A DNA stretch of 64,000 nt from positions 62,001 through 126,000 of IMG/VR virus record IMGVR_UViG_3300034104_005687; one strand, written 5' to 3'. How positions within the stretch are numbered: position 1 is the stretch's first letter; every line of letters starts with the position of its first letter. A program made the translations under genes and the position numbers. Shown piece after piece: positions 16,270 to 27,092 of this stretch. The notes beneath the pieces are model-generated. The model made no database searches. It was not told the DNA's origin and worked only from the letters and a program-made list of their open reading frames with translations.

Positions 16270-19200
16270 ATGGATCAAGAATTAAGAGACCTAGTTGAAC
16301 AGATGCGTCAACTGATTCCGGTGCTGCAAGGAATGAGCAAACCTCCTGGCGCAACTGTGGACAGCCCTGCTGACAAAATGACTCGAGGTGTAGATCGAAT
16401 GGTTGTGGCCCTGGGTCAACTAGCAGTCAAATTGGATACTACCAAAAAGACACGTCGTGACGAAGAAGAAGCTGTCAAAAAGTTTGCCAAAGCAGTGGAA
16501 AAAACTGCAGATAACATAGAAGAAGAAAACAAAGAACGCCAAAAAGTCACTGATGCTTTGGAAAAAGAAAGCAAGGCTCGAGAAGAAGCAATTAAGGAAG
16601 CAACTCGTAGAAACAATCTGTCGCAGCAAGGACGTGAGCAAGAAGACAAAGAAAGAGCCAAGTACGAAGCAGAACAACGCAATCGTAATACCAAACTAAG
16701 CATAGAACAAAACCGTAGGTCCTCTAGCAGCAGCAAAGATTTGTTTGATTCATTGAGCAGCACAGGGGGCAGTGCTGAGATATTGAAAAACAAGTTCTTG
16801 AATCTTGGAGGAGACAGTTTAACAGCACAGTCAGGTCTACAATTGTTCAGTGCTGGTCTCAGCGGCACCACAAAATCTTTGACCACATTTGCATCAGGCT
16901 TGATCAATGGTGAACGTGGTGCGCAACTGTCTGCCAAAGCACTCAACGATTTTGCCACACCAATATTGAACGTAGCAAGTAGTATAGGTACTTTGCTGAC
17001 GGTGTTGTCTTTTATTCCTGGTCCTGTTGGAATATTGACTCGTGGTGCCAGAATGGCAGGTGCAGCAGTGTTTGGGCTAGGATCAGCTGCTGGCAAAGCT
17101 GCACTTAAATTCAACGAGATAGGAGCCAAGCAGCTTGACACCCTGGTAAAAAGTTTCAACGACGCCAGCGGCGCAGGTGTTAGTTTAACTGGTGGACTAG
17201 AAGGCACTCTGGACCTAATGCACACGCTGAACATGACCACAGCGGATGCAGCGCAGTTTCAAGAAATGTTGAGTAAAAACAACAAGCAACTGGCCTTGTT
17301 GGGCGGAACAGCAGGTGTTGGAGCCAAGAGATTTGCTGAAGTTTCGGGTGCATTGGTCAAAAGCGATATTGGCCAAACGTTTGAAATCATGGGTATCACT
17401 CAACAAGAACAGCGAGAAGCTGCTTTGTTGTACATGAGCATTCAGGCCAGAACTGGCCAGCTGCAGTTAAAGAACACTGAAAAACTCATTGAAGAATCTG
17501 CTAGATTTGTACACGAATTAGATCAAGCAGCACAACTCACTGGCGCTACCCGACGTGAACAACAAGAAGCACGCGAAGCTGCAATGGCCGAAGTTAGATT
17601 CCGTGCAGCCTTGATAGATGCGCAGCAACGTGGCGATACCGCAGACATGGCTCAATTGAAAGTTGCTGAACGAGCAGCAGCTATTGCCAAAAGCCTAGGC
17701 GACGAAAAAGGCTTTCTTGGTATTTTGCAACAGGCAGCAGGCCAAGGAGCACTGACCACCCCAGAAGCAATAGCAGCAGAGCAAACCTACAGAATATCAG
17801 AAATACTGGCTCAGCCCAACATCACTGATCAGCAGATCCTGGAACACCTGGCCAAAAATGCTGATCTTAATTTGCAGTCATTGGCAGGTACCAACCGATT
17901 GATCGGCGGCATTGACGCATTGCAAACAGGTATTGTTGGCATGGACAATTCTGTCAAGCGTCAAAACGCACTAGCACAAGAAGCCGCCAAGGCAGGGTTC
18001 ACAGGTCCAGAAGCAATTACTAACTACCTTAAACAGGAAGAAAAGAAACGCAAACAGCCCGGCGGCGATCTTACTCTAATGGTCAGCGCAGGTCGTGCAC
18101 AGCAAGCTGCTGCACAAATCATGGAACAAGGTATTGCGACCTTTAATTCTGCAGCAGATATCAACAAAGCAGCATCCGAGGCTTTTGCAAACGCAGTTGC
18201 TATCTTTGGCTCAGCAGTGGGTGCAAACCCTGTGCCTGGCGGAACACCCACGTTTGGTGGCGTACCAGTGGAATCAGGTGTGCGTCTTCCGCCTACGCCG
18301 GAGGCTGCACAAGCCAAGGTGGATCAGGCCGATGCAAAAATTAAAGAGGTCGGGGACAAGATAAAAGAACAAGAGAAAAAGCTAGCAGAGGCCAAGACAA
18401 ATGTTGAAAAAGATAAAGCTGAAGCTGAAATTAAAAGATTGAAAAAAGAGAAGGATGATGCAGACAAGGCAAAAAATGCTGCTGATCTAGGAAAAAAAGC
18501 TGAAGAAAATAGACGTCGTCTTGAAGATGCACATAAACGTTCAAAATCAGGTGCTGCTCCAGGTAGTGCACCAGCAACCACCACACCGCCTGCTGCTCCA
18601 GGTAGTGCACCAGCAACCACCACACCGCCTGCTGCTCCGGGTAGTGCACCAGCCGCAAAGTCTGCTCCGGGTAGTGCACCAGCCGCAAAGCCTGCTGCTC
18701 CGGGTAGTGCACCAGCTGCAAAGCCTGCTGCTCCGTCTAGTGCACCAGCTGCAAAGCCTGCTGCTCCGTCTAGTGCACCAGCTGCAAAGCCTGCTGCTCC
18801 GGGTTCTACCCCAAATAATCCTGCACCTTTGCCACCAATGCCACCTGGTGCAAACCCAGCAACAGCCGAAAAGCCTACTGCATCTATTATTAAAATATTG
18901 GACCTAATAGGTCGTGCAGAAAGTCGCGGCAACTACAACGTATTGGTTGGGGGAGAAATAAACCCCGACTTAACCAATATGACTATTGCAGAAGTTCAGG
19001 ATTTTCAAGGTAAAATGGTTCGTGCAGGACATGAGAGCACAGCAGTTGGAAAGTATCAAATAATACAAGAAACACTCCGTACCTTGTTAACTCGAGGTGT
19101 AGTAAACCCAAACGAAACATTTTCTCCAAGCACACAAGACAAACTGGCCATTGCATTGCTTAATGAAAAAGGTTGGCCAAAATTTCAAAGTGGCAAGATG

Positions 19201-19680
19201 TCTGCAGACCAAATGGCCGATGCTATTGCACAAGTATGGGCAGGATTCCCGCTAGCCGACGGAATGAGTTATTATCGAGGGGTTGGAACTAACAAAGCAA
19301 CTATTAGTCGTCAGGAAGTGTTGACTGCACTAACAGACGTTCCCAAAGCCAAAGATGGTGGCATGTTCCAAGGCCCGATGTCTGGATATCCTGCTGTGTT
19401 GCATGGCAAAGAAGCAGTGATACCGCTGAAAAATGGTGCTGTGCCTGTGATGATGCCTGCCCTGGACGAACTAGTATTATCCAACAAAAACATGGAACAG
19501 CAAATGAGTGATATGCGAAAAGAAATGGCACAGGTGATGCGAGAGTTGGTCGATTCTATCCAAATAATGAAAGAAAGTGGATCTCAGCAACGCATGATTC
19601 AGTTGTTGGAAAGCATGTCTCGTAGTCAACAGACCACAGCCGTAGCCAGTCAAAGAATGGCACAGCTGGCATCAAACTAA
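16270..19680 (+). CDS. Tape-measure-like protein with C-terminal lysozyme-like domain
   Basis: 1136 aa, long helical Ala/Gln/Glu-rich body; AESRGNYN...STAVGKYQII..TL...QDKLAIALL...WAGFP muramidase motifs; C-terminal GG...GP.SGY...LHGKEAVIP. Confidence 0.75.
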   Translation: MDQELRDLVEQMRQLIPVLQGMSKPPGATVDSPADKMTRGVDRMVVALGQLAVKLDTTKKTRRDEEEAVKKFAKAVEKTADNIEEENKERQKVTDALEKESKAREEAIKEATRRNNLSQQGREQEDKERAKYEAEQRNRNTKLSIEQNRRSSSSSKDLFDSLSSTGGSAEILKNKFLNLGGDSLTAQSGLQLFSAGLSGTTKSLTTFASGLINGERGAQLSAKALNDFATPILNVASSIGTLLTVLSFIPGPVGILTRGARMAGAAVFGLGSAAGKAALKFNEIGAKQLDTLVKSFNDASGAGVSLTGGLEGTLDLMHTLNMTTADAAQFQEMLSKNNKQLALLGGTAGVGAKRFAEVSGALVKSDIGQTFEIMGITQQEQREAALLYMSIQARTGQLQLKNTEKLIEESARFVHELDQAAQLTGATRREQQEAREAAMAEVRFRAALIDAQQRGDTADMAQLKVAERAAAIAKSLGDEKGFLGILQQAAGQGALTTPEAIAAEQTYRISEILAQPNITDQQILEHLAKNADLNLQSLAGTNRLIGGIDALQTGIVGMDNSVKRQNALAQEAAKAGFTGPEAITNYLKQEEKKRKQPGGDLTLMVSAGRAQQAAAQIMEQGIATFNSAADINKAASEAFANAVAIFGSAVGANPVPGGTPTFGGVPVESGVRLPPTPEAAQAKVDQADAKIKEVGDKIKEQEKKLAEAKTNVEKDKAEAEIKRLKKEKDDADKAKNAADLGKKAEENRRRLEDAHKRSKSGAAPGSAPATTTPPAAPGSAPATTTPPAAPGSAPAAKSAPGSAPAAKPAAPGSAPAAKPAAPSSAPAAKPAAPSSAPAAKPAAPGSTPNNPAPLPPMPPGANPATAEKPTASIIKILDLIGRAESRGNYNVLVGGEINPDLTNMTIAEVQDFQGKMVRAGHESTAVGKYQIIQETLRTLLTRGVVNPNETFSPSTQDKLAIALLNEKGWPKFQSGKMSADQMADAIAQVWAGFPLADGMSYYRGVGTNKATISRQEVLTALTDVPKAKDGGMFQGPMSGYPAVLHGKEAVIPLKNGAVPVMMPALDELVLSNKNMEQQMSDMRKEMAQVMRELVDSIQIMKESGSQQRMIQLLESMSRSQQTTAVASQRMAQLASN
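18550..18810 (+). repeat. Tandem repeats encoding a Pro/Ala linker (PAAPGSAPAAK)
   Basis: Two 42-nt units then about five 30-33-nt units of ctgctccgggtagtgcaccagc-type sequence. Confidence 0.9.
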
Positions 19681-19696
19681 CGGTAAATAAGTCACC

Positions 19697-21493
19697 ATGG
19701 CAGAACCTAGATCAAGCGGCGGCTGGCGCAAATACTTCAAAGTAGCAGACACATCAGGCGTGATGAGCCCCATCAGCGGCACCAATCAATACGGCCTGCC
19801 CGGCTACGGAAAAAACGACGGCTCAGGCGGTATGCCTGCAGACTTTGTGTTTCGTAACTATGCCAGCAGATTGCCCGAAGTTTATTCAGGCCATCCCAAC
19901 CGTGTGGAACGATACAATCAGTACGAAAACATGGACATGGATTCAGAAATCAATGCATGCCTGGATATCATTGCTGAATTTTCCACACAGATCAACGATG
20001 ACAATGGCACACCATTTGCAGTAGATTACAAAGACAAGCCCACAGACAACGAAGTCAGCATCATTCGCAAACAGTTGCAGCAGTGGGTAAAAATCAATCA
20101 ACTAGACAACAGAATTTTCAAACTGTTCCGCAACACCATCAAGTACGGTGATCAAGTTTTTGTGCGTGACCCAGAAACATTTGAAATGATGTGGGTGGAC
20201 ATGAGCAAGGTTGCACGTATCATTGTGAACGAAAGCGAAGGCAAGCGTCCCGAGCAGTATGTGATTCGTGACATCAACCCCAATTTCCAAAACATGACTG
20301 TGGCAGCAAAAACCACCACAGACTACATGACCAACCCTGTGACCGGCAGCATCAGCGGCAGTGCAAACTACACCATGCCCAACGGTGGCACAGGTGGCGG
20401 CGTGGGCAACAGCCGTTTCATGACAGCCATGAACGAAACTTGCTTGGATGCCAAGCACGTGGTGCACATGAGCCTAAACGAAGGACTGGACGTATTTTGG
20501 CCTTTTGGACGCAGTGTGCTGGAACAGATCTACAAGGTATTCAAGCAAAAAGAACTGCTGGAAGACAGTATTCTTATCTATCGTGTGAGCCGTGCTCCTG
20601 AACGACGAATCTTCAAGATTGACGTGGGCAGCATGCCCAGCCACTTGGCCATGCAGTTTGTGGAACGTGTAAAAAACGAAATGCATCAGCGACGAATCCC
20701 CACTGTCACAGGCGGCGGACAAAACATGATGGATGCCAGCTACAACCCGCTCAGCATCAACGAAGATTACTTTTTCCCCCAGACTCAAGACGGTCGCGGC
20801 AGCAGTGTAGAAACCTTGCCAGGCGGACAAAATCTGGGCGAAATCGACGACTTGAAGTATTTCAACAACAAAATGGCTCGTGGTCTGCGTGTGCCATCTA
20901 GCTATTTGCCCACAGGTCCTGATGATTCAGACCGCAGCATGGCCGACGGCAAAGTGGGCACTGCACTGATTCAAGAGTATCGTTTCAACCAGTACTGTGA
21001 GCGCCTGCAAGGACACATAGCACAAAAGCTAGACGATGAATTCAAGATGTTCATGAAATGGCGTGGTTTCAACATTGATTCCAGTTTGTTCACGCTAAAA
21101 TTCAATCCGCCACAGAACTTTGCTAGCTATCGTCAAGCCGAACTGGATACCACACGTATTGGAGCATTTACAAGCCTGGAACAACTGCCCTACATGAGCA
21201 AACGATTCTTGCTCAAACGCTATCTTGGCCTCACAGAAGACGAAATCAAAGAAAACGAAGAAATGTGGCAAGAAGAACGCGATCAACCAGAGATGCAGAC
21301 CAACTCTGGACAGGATCTTCGCAGTGTGGGTATCACACCTGGCGGGCTCGAAAGTGACATTGAAACAGGTGCTGACATGGCCGGCATGGAACCGGGCACA
21401 CCGGGCACACCCGGAGTTGATGCGGCCGCTGCGCCAGGAGGCCCCGGCGGCGTAGTCCCAGCCAGTGCCACAGGTGCTACACCAACAGCATAA
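19697..21493 (+). CDS. gp20: Portal protein
   Basis: LLEDSILIYRVSRAPERRIFKIDVG, EDYFFP, VETLPGGQNLGEIDDLKYF. Confidence 0.95.
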   Translation: MAEPRSSGGWRKYFKVADTSGVMSPISGTNQYGLPGYGKNDGSGGMPADFVFRNYASRLPEVYSGHPNRVERYNQYENMDMDSEINACLDIIAEFSTQINDDNGTPFAVDYKDKPTDNEVSIIRKQLQQWVKINQLDNRIFKLFRNTIKYGDQVFVRDPETFEMMWVDMSKVARIIVNESEGKRPEQYVIRDINPNFQNMTVAAKTTTDYMTNPVTGSISGSANYTMPNGGTGGGVGNSRFMTAMNETCLDAKHVVHMSLNEGLDVFWPFGRSVLEQIYKVFKQKELLEDSILIYRVSRAPERRIFKIDVGSMPSHLAMQFVERVKNEMHQRRIPTVTGGGQNMMDASYNPLSINEDYFFPQTQDGRGSSVETLPGGQNLGEIDDLKYFNNKMARGLRVPSSYLPTGPDDSDRSMADGKVGTALIQEYRFNQYCERLQGHIAQKLDDEFKMFMKWRGFNIDSSLFTLKFNPPQNFASYRQAELDTTRIGAFTSLEQLPYMSKRFLLKRYLGLTEDEIKENEEMWQEERDQPEMQTNSGQDLRSVGITPGGLESDIETGADMAGMEPGTPGTPGVDAAAAPGGPGGVVPASATGATPTA

Positions 21494-21501
21494 ATAACGT
21501 C

Positions 21502-21720
21502 ATGCTGCTACAAGAATTCTGGAAAAAAGCACCCGAAGCTTATCAAGACGTAAGTCAAGACAATGCACAAGTTACCAAAAACGACTTGCGCAAAACTCGC
21601 TTGACTTTGCGACAGCTCAACAAGCTACGAAAGATGAATGATGTGCGATCTTTTGAATACAAAGAGAAGCTCAAGAAAATTCGTCAACAGTACGCACCAC
21701 CACCACAACCTATTGCGTAA
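21502..21720 (+). CDS. Small head-module protein
   Basis: 72 aa basic protein between portal and core genes; TAAATA upstream. Confidence 0.7.
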   Translation: MLLQEFWKKAPEAYQDVSQDNAQVTKNDLRKTRLTLRQLNKLRKMNDVRSFEYKEKLKKIRQQYAPPPQPIA

Positions 21721-21824
21721 TTTTGATCATAATTGGCAATTTATGGCCTTTTTAGCCGATTAAACCGCGTATTTTTCTCTCGCATTGTAAATAACAATAC
21801 ACTTTACTTACAGGAGTTTTCTCT

Positions 21825-22685
21825 ATGAACAGATTTGAACAGTTGATCGAATACGTGATCAATGATGAAGAACAAAAAGCTCGCGAGCTTTTCCACGACA
21901 TCGTGGTTGAAAAAAGCCGCCAGATTTATGAAAATATCATGGCCGAAGAAGAGATTGATGAAGCTGCCGCCGAAGACCTCGACGAAGCAGCTGAAGACGA
22001 ACTCGAAGAAGGCGCCATGGGCGGCGATGCTGCTGACAGCCTGATCGACGATGTCGAAATGGAAGAAGAAAGCGACATGAACATGGAAGCCGAAGGCGAC
22101 GATGAAATGGGCGACGATGATGGCATGGGCGACGACATGGGCGACGGCGACGCAGCCGACATGGGAGACGACATGGGCGGCAGCGACGAAGCAGCTACCA
22201 AAGACGACATCATGAATTTAGAAGACAAATTGGACCAGTTGATGGCCGAATTTGAAGAATTAATGTCTGGCGATGCAGGCGGCAACGACATGGGCGACGG
22301 CGACGATTTTGTCCCAGACGCAGGTGGTGACGCAATTGCTGTGGATGACACAGAAGAAATGATTCCAATGGCAGAAGCTGTTAGTCTCAAAGCTGCACCA
22401 AAACCAGTCACAGCTGAAGAAGGCGGTGTAAACAAGAAGTCTACAGTTGCTGCCAATAGTGGCGCTGCTGGTATGGCTGCCAAGCCAGTGCACACTGGAA
22501 CAGCAATGGGCGGCAAGCATGATGCTGCTGGCGCTTACAGCAATCAGACCAAAGACCTTATCGGTGACTTCCAGAACAAAGCTGGCGCTGGTATGAAAGA
22601 TCTCAAGCCTGCTACCAAGCCACATTTAGCTCAAGCTACTGGTGTTAACGCCAAGAGCCCGCTACCAGGCGGCCGTAAAGGTTAA
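21825..22685 (+). CDS. Acidic prohead core protein
   Basis: Very D/E-rich, AGGAG RBS, located between portal and protease. Confidence 0.65.
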   Translation: MNRFEQLIEYVINDEEQKARELFHDIVVEKSRQIYENIMAEEEIDEAAAEDLDEAAEDELEEGAMGGDAADSLIDDVEMEEESDMNMEAEGDDEMGDDDGMGDDMGDGDAADMGDDMGGSDEAATKDDIMNLEDKLDQLMAEFEELMSGDAGGNDMGDGDDFVPDAGGDAIAVDDTEEMIPMAEAVSLKAAPKPVTAEEGGVNKKSTVAANSGAAGMAAKPVHTGTAMGGKHDAAGAYSNQTKDLIGDFQNKAGAGMKDLKPATKPHLAQATGVNAKSPLPGGRKG

Positions 22686-22689
22686 TTAA

Positions 22690-23328
22690 ATGTCATCTAG
22701 ATACCTAAGAGAAGATCTTACATTCAGCCAGGCCAATATACAGGTCCTGGAAGAAGCCGACATTAACGGCAGTAAGAATCTCTATCTCAAAGGCATTTGC
22801 ATTGAAGGCGACAAGCGCAACGCAAATGAACGTATCTATCCACGCCACGAAATCATCAAAGCAGTAGAAACCATCAATGAACAAATTCGTGGTGGTAACT
22901 CTGTGCTAGGTGAAGTGGACCATCCCGATGATCTCAAGATCAATCTTGATCGAGTGTGTCACTCAGTTGAAGGAATGTGGATGGACGGTCATGCAGGCTG
23001 CGGCAAGCTAAAAATTCTCCCAACCCCAATGGGCAACTTGATCAAAACTTTGTTGCAAAGTGGTGTCAAGCTGGGAGTTAGCAGTCGTGGTTCCGGCAAT
23101 GTAGACGACAGAACAGGACATGTTAGTGACTTTGAAATAGTCACTATTGATGTAGTTGCTCAACCCAGCGCACCAAATGCTTATCCCACAGCAGTGTACG
23201 AAGGTCTCATGAACATGAGACATGGTCACCGCGTGATGGAAATGGCTCGCGAAGCTGGTCAAGGCGACAAAGTGCAGAAGTACTTGGCCGAGGAAGTAAA
23301 GCGCCTTATCCGAGAACTTAAAATCTAA
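22690..23328 (+). CDS. gp21: Prohead protease
   Basis: NANERIYP, LGEVDHP, LGVSSRGSG, DVVAQPSAPNAY. Confidence 0.95.
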   Translation: MSSRYLREDLTFSQANIQVLEEADINGSKNLYLKGICIEGDKRNANERIYPRHEIIKAVETINEQIRGGNSVLGEVDHPDDLKINLDRVCHSVEGMWMDGHAGCGKLKILPTPMGNLIKTLLQSGVKLGVSSRGSGNVDDRTGHVSDFEIVTIDVVAQPSAPNAYPTAVYEGLMNMRHGHRVMEMAREAGQGDKVQKYLAEEVKRLIRELKI

Positions 23329-23340
23329 GGAGAATCAGGA

Positions 23341-24432
23341 ATGTTTGATGCAATCAAACCTTTGCTCGACAGCGGCCTGATCAACGAAGACGTAAGCCGA
23401 GAATTAAACGAGGCTTGGGAATCTAAGTTGAATGAAGCCCGCGAGCAAGTACGTGCAGAACTCCGCGAGGAATTTGCGCAACGCTACGAACATGACAAAA
23501 CAGTCATGGTCGAAGCCTTAGATAAGATGGTAACTGATGGTCTTGCCAATGAGATTCAACAAGTTGCAGCTGAGAAGCGTGCAATTGCTGAAGATCGTGT
23601 TAAGTTCCAAGGCAAAATGAAAGAATCAGCACAGAAGTTCAATGGCTTCATGGTTCAGAAATTGGCTGAAGAAATTAGCGAACTGCGCAAAGATCGTAAA
23701 ATGCATACTGAAGGACTCAACAAGCTTGAGAACTTTGTGGTGCATGCTCTGGCTCGAGAAATTCAAGAGTTTGCTGCTGACAAGCGCGACATGGTGGAAA
23801 CCAAGGTTCGTTTGGTTCGTGAAGCACGCACACAATTGGAAGGTCTCAAAGCACGTTTTGTAAAAGAAAGTGCTCAAAAGATGAGCCGAGCCGTTAGCCA
23901 CCACCTTAAGGCAGAACTAACACAATTGCAAGAAGACATCAAGGCTGCTCGAGAGAACAGTTTTGGTCGTCGTATCTTTGAAGCATATGCAGCTGAATTT
24001 GGAGCTACTCATCTCAATGAGAAAGCCGAAGTCAAGAAGTTGTACAATATGCTGACCGACAAAGATCGCAAGTTGGCGGAAGCCATTCAACTCACCCAAA
24101 AGGCGAAAGTCTTGGTTGAGTCCAAAGAACGCGAAATGCGTATTCTTCGTGACAGCAATGAGCGTAAAGAACTCATGGCCGAATTGCTGAATCCCTTAAA
24201 CCGGGAAAAAGCCGATGTAATGCGTAATTTGCTCGAAAGCGTACAAACAGCTCGTCTGAAAAACGCATTCGAAAAATATCTCCCTGCAGTGATGGAAGAC
24301 CGTTCCGCAAGAACCCAAAAGGTAATTGTTGAATCTGTTTCGTCAGTGACTGGAGATAAAACTGTTCCAACACAGCAAGATCCGGATGACCGCAGAAATG
24401 TGATCGACCTCAAGCGTTTGGCAGGTTTATAA
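23341..24432 (+). CDS. gp22: Prohead core scaffolding protein
   Basis: Coiled-coil protein between gp21 and gp23; AAGGAG RBS. Confidence 0.8.
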   Translation: MFDAIKPLLDSGLINEDVSRELNEAWESKLNEAREQVRAELREEFAQRYEHDKTVMVEALDKMVTDGLANEIQQVAAEKRAIAEDRVKFQGKMKESAQKFNGFMVQKLAEEISELRKDRKMHTEGLNKLENFVVHALAREIQEFAADKRDMVETKVRLVREARTQLEGLKARFVKESAQKMSRAVSHHLKAELTQLQEDIKAARENSFGRRIFEAYAAEFGATHLNEKAEVKKLYNMLTDKDRKLAEAIQLTQKAKVLVESKEREMRILRDSNERKELMAELLNPLNREKADVMRNLLESVQTARLKNAFEKYLPAVMEDRSARTQKVIVESVSSVTGDKTVPTQQDPDDRRNVIDLKRLAGL

Positions 24433-24454
24433 TCTTTTTATATAGGAGACTTAA

Positions 24455-25651
24455 ATGTCGCAAGAACTACTTGAAAGCCGCTGGGGCGAGACCAAAGAAG
24501 CTCTGCTTGAAGGTCTGAACGGCACCAAGCGCAACAGCATGGGTGTTATTTTAGAAAATACCCGTAAGTACTTGAAGGAAAACGCTTCCGCAGGTTCTAC
24601 ATCTGCTGGCAACATTGCCACACTTAACCGTGTGATTCTGCCAGTGATCCGTCGTGTTATGCCAACCGTTATTGCTAACGAGTTGGTTGGCGTTCAGCCC
24701 ATGACTGGCCCAGTTGGTCAAATCCACACTCTGCGTGTGCGTTATGCCCAAAGCTTGACTGATAACTCATTGGCAGCAACCAGCGTAACAGCTGGCCAAG
24801 AAGCCTTGAGCCCATTCACAATTGCTACTGCTTACTCTACTGTGCCTAAAGACACAACTACAGCAACTAGCTACACTGGCGGTTCTACTGCTAGTATGGA
24901 AGGTAACGGCGGTAAGCAAATTTCCGTCCAGATCCTGAAGCAAGCTGTTGAAGCCAAGACACGTAAGTTGCAAGCACGTTGGACATTTGAAAGTGCCCAA
25001 GATGCTCAAGCAATGCACGGTATTGACGTTGAAGCCGAAATCATGGCTGCTCTGGCACAAGAAATTACAGCTGAAATTGACCAGGAGATTCTCCTGTCCC
25101 TACGCAGCTTGGCTTCTACTGAGTTCACATACAACCAGGCTACTGTTTCTGGTACTGCTACATTCGTTGGTGACGAGCACGCTGCTTTGGCTGTTCTGAT
25201 CAACCGTGTTGCTAACTTGATCGCTCAGCGTACACGTCGTGGCGCTGGTAACTACGCTGTTGTTAGCTCTGCCGCTTTGACAGTGTTGCAATCTGCAACT
25301 ACTAGTGCTTTTGCTCGTACCACAGAAGGTACTTTCGAAGCTCCTACAAACACCAAGTTTGCTGGTACCCTCAACGGTTCTATGCGTGTGTTTGTTGACT
25401 CTTATGCTAGCGACACAACTCCTGTGTTGGTTGGTTATAAGGGTTCTTCAGAAGCTGACGCTCCTGCATTCTACTGCCCATACATCCCATTGATGAGCAG
25501 CGGTGTTGTTCTGGATCCGTCAACATTTGAACCAGTTGTGAGCTTCATGACTCGCTATGGTTACATCGAATTGACCAACACTGCTAGCAGCTTCGGCAAC
25601 GCTGGCGACTACGTTGGTGAGATCGCTGTACAGAACTTGTCTTTCAGCTAA
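24455..25651 (+). CDS. gp23: Major capsid protein
   Basis: VGVQPMTGPVGQI, VEAKTRKLQARWTFE.AQD, FYCPYIPL, FMTRYG. Confidence 0.97.
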   Translation: MSQELLESRWGETKEALLEGLNGTKRNSMGVILENTRKYLKENASAGSTSAGNIATLNRVILPVIRRVMPTVIANELVGVQPMTGPVGQIHTLRVRYAQSLTDNSLAATSVTAGQEALSPFTIATAYSTVPKDTTTATSYTGGSTASMEGNGGKQISVQILKQAVEAKTRKLQARWTFESAQDAQAMHGIDVEAEIMAALAQEITAEIDQEILLSLRSLASTEFTYNQATVSGTATFVGDEHAALAVLINRVANLIAQRTRRGAGNYAVVSSAALTVLQSATTSAFARTTEGTFEAPTNTKFAGTLNGSMRVFVDSYASDTTPVLVGYKGSSEADAPAFYCPYIPLMSSGVVLDPSTFEPVVSFMTRYGYIELTNTASSFGNAGDYVGEIAVQNLSFS

Positions 25652-25677
25652 TCACTGCAAGGCTTTTCACAAGCAAC

Positions 25678-25705
25678 CAAAAAAGCACTTTCGGGTGCTT
25701 TTTTG
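25678..25705 (+). terminator. Rho-independent terminator after gp23 (possibly bidirectional)
   Basis: CAAAAAAGCACT-TTCG-GGTGCTTTTTTG. Confidence 0.85.
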
Positions 25706-25713
25706 TTGGCCGT

Positions 25714-25760
25714 AAAAAATCCGCACATTCTGACAAGTCAATTCAGGAGTGGCGCGGATT
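25714..25760 (-). terminator. Probable terminator for the TPR-glycosyltransferase gene
   Basis: AATCCGC...GCGGATT imperfect long stem followed by T run on minus strand. Confidence 0.5.
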
Positions 25761-25828
25761 AAGTAATATAGTTTAACGACTTTGCTTTTTATAGTATCTT
25801 GTATTGGATACAGGTGTATTGTACTATA

Positions 25829-26977
25829 TTACACCTTGAACCACGATAGATATTGGCTAACTTTTTTAACAACGCTGGTCCAATCTCCGTAATCAGATTG
25901 TCTAAACAGTCGTGCTGTGGAGTACCAAGGGGAACTGTCGCGATCCAACAACCATCGCCAATCAGTACTGTAGCGTTGGATCATCAACCACAGCGGCCTG
26001 CCCAGTGCACCAGACAAGTGAGCCACAGCAGTGTCCACACTGACCACAACGTCCATGTGCATGATCAGTGCAGCAGTTTCTGCAAAGCTTGACACACAAC
26101 CAGGAAACATTTTGACACCCAACTGTTGAAGTTCAGCAGTTTCTTCTTCAGTGGCATCACACTGTAGATTGATCCATTCGTATTGCGGGTTGTCTTTCAA
26201 CATGCGAACAACATCATCAAACTGCATGGCTTTGTGTTGATTGAGCCATGAGTCTCGACGTCCGCTCCAGCACAGACCTACTCTCATGCGTGTTTTTGGA
26301 CCCAGACGTTCTTGCCACTGTTGAACCAGTGCAGGATCAGCATTGAGATAACTCACAGGTTTTGCCAGTATATCTAGTGTGATGCCCAACACACCGGGTA
26401 TGCTCATGATAGGAACCCAATAATCAAACTCGCCCATGTCGTCGGTATATCTACCTACTTGGTGTATGATATTGCTGCGACTCAGCAGCGGAATCAAACC
26501 GTCAGTGACTTGTAGTTTGACTTTTGCACCCATTTGATGCAAGTTCCACAAAAATCTCACAAACTGAATGTTGTCCCCGTGTCCTTGTTCGCCTACCACA
26601 AGAATGGTTTTGTCTCGTAGATCTTGACCGCGCCAACGTGGCTGCTGATACTTGGGTTCTGTGCCAGCAAGATGCTCGTAGTTCCATCTAGCTTCGTATG
26701 CTGGCCAACCGCGACTGTAGTCGCCTTGCAGCAGATAGGCCACTGCCAAATTGAATTGTGCAGTGACATTGTTGGGTTCCAACACCAATGCATGTTGCAA
26801 AAACGGTACAGATCTAGCAGGATAACCCATTTCTCTGGTTACATTGCCGTAGTTGTTCCAGGCCGCTGCCGATTCTGGATCTTGCACAAACGCCAATGCA
26901 TAGCATTTGAGTGCTTCGTGATATTGGCGATCGGTGCGATGTTGATTGCCTTGTTCAATTAAAAATTCTGTTTCCAT
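25829..26977 (-). CDS. TPR-repeat protein with GT-B (family 9-like) glycosyltransferase domain
   Basis: Start METEF at 26977; TPRs (AWNNYG, AQFNLA), EQGHGDNIQFVRF, VSVDTAVAHLSGALGRP, DWRW...SPWY. Confidence 0.85.
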   Translation of the reverse strand: METEFLIEQGNQHRTDRQYHEALKCYALAFVQDPESAAAWNNYGNVTREMGYPARSVPFLQHALVLEPNNVTAQFNLAVAYLLQGDYSRGWPAYEARWNYEHLAGTEPKYQQPRWRGQDLRDKTILVVGEQGHGDNIQFVRFLWNLHQMGAKVKLQVTDGLIPLLSRSNIIHQVGRYTDDMGEFDYWVPIMSIPGVLGITLDILAKPVSYLNADPALVQQWQERLGPKTRMRVGLCWSGRRDSWLNQHKAMQFDDVVRMLKDNPQYEWINLQCDATEEETAELQQLGVKMFPGCVSSFAETAALIMHMDVVVSVDTAVAHLSGALGRPLWLMIQRYSTDWRWLLDRDSSPWYSTARLFRQSDYGDWTSVVKKVSQYLSWFKV

Positions 26978-27033
26978 ACTGATATTTAATGCGTGCTGCC
27001 TGAGCTTTTGACATTTTCCATAAATATATCTGC

Positions 27034-27092
27034 AACGCAATCGTGCGTTTTATGCTGTTGTTAACACCCTCAGCGTAGCGGCTAGAACCCGC
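27034..27092 (+). promoter_or_regulatory. Structured 5' leader (three adjacent hairpins) downstream of a late promoter
   Basis: TAAATA at 27021-27026; AACGCA/TGCGTT, TATGCTG/CAGCGTA, GCGG/CCGC; AAGGAG RBS follows. Confidence 0.5.

Noticed and set aside
18324-18932. 202-aa minus ORF and 128-aa alternative-frame ORF with repeats
   Set aside because: By-products of the tandem repeat in the tape-measure-like gene
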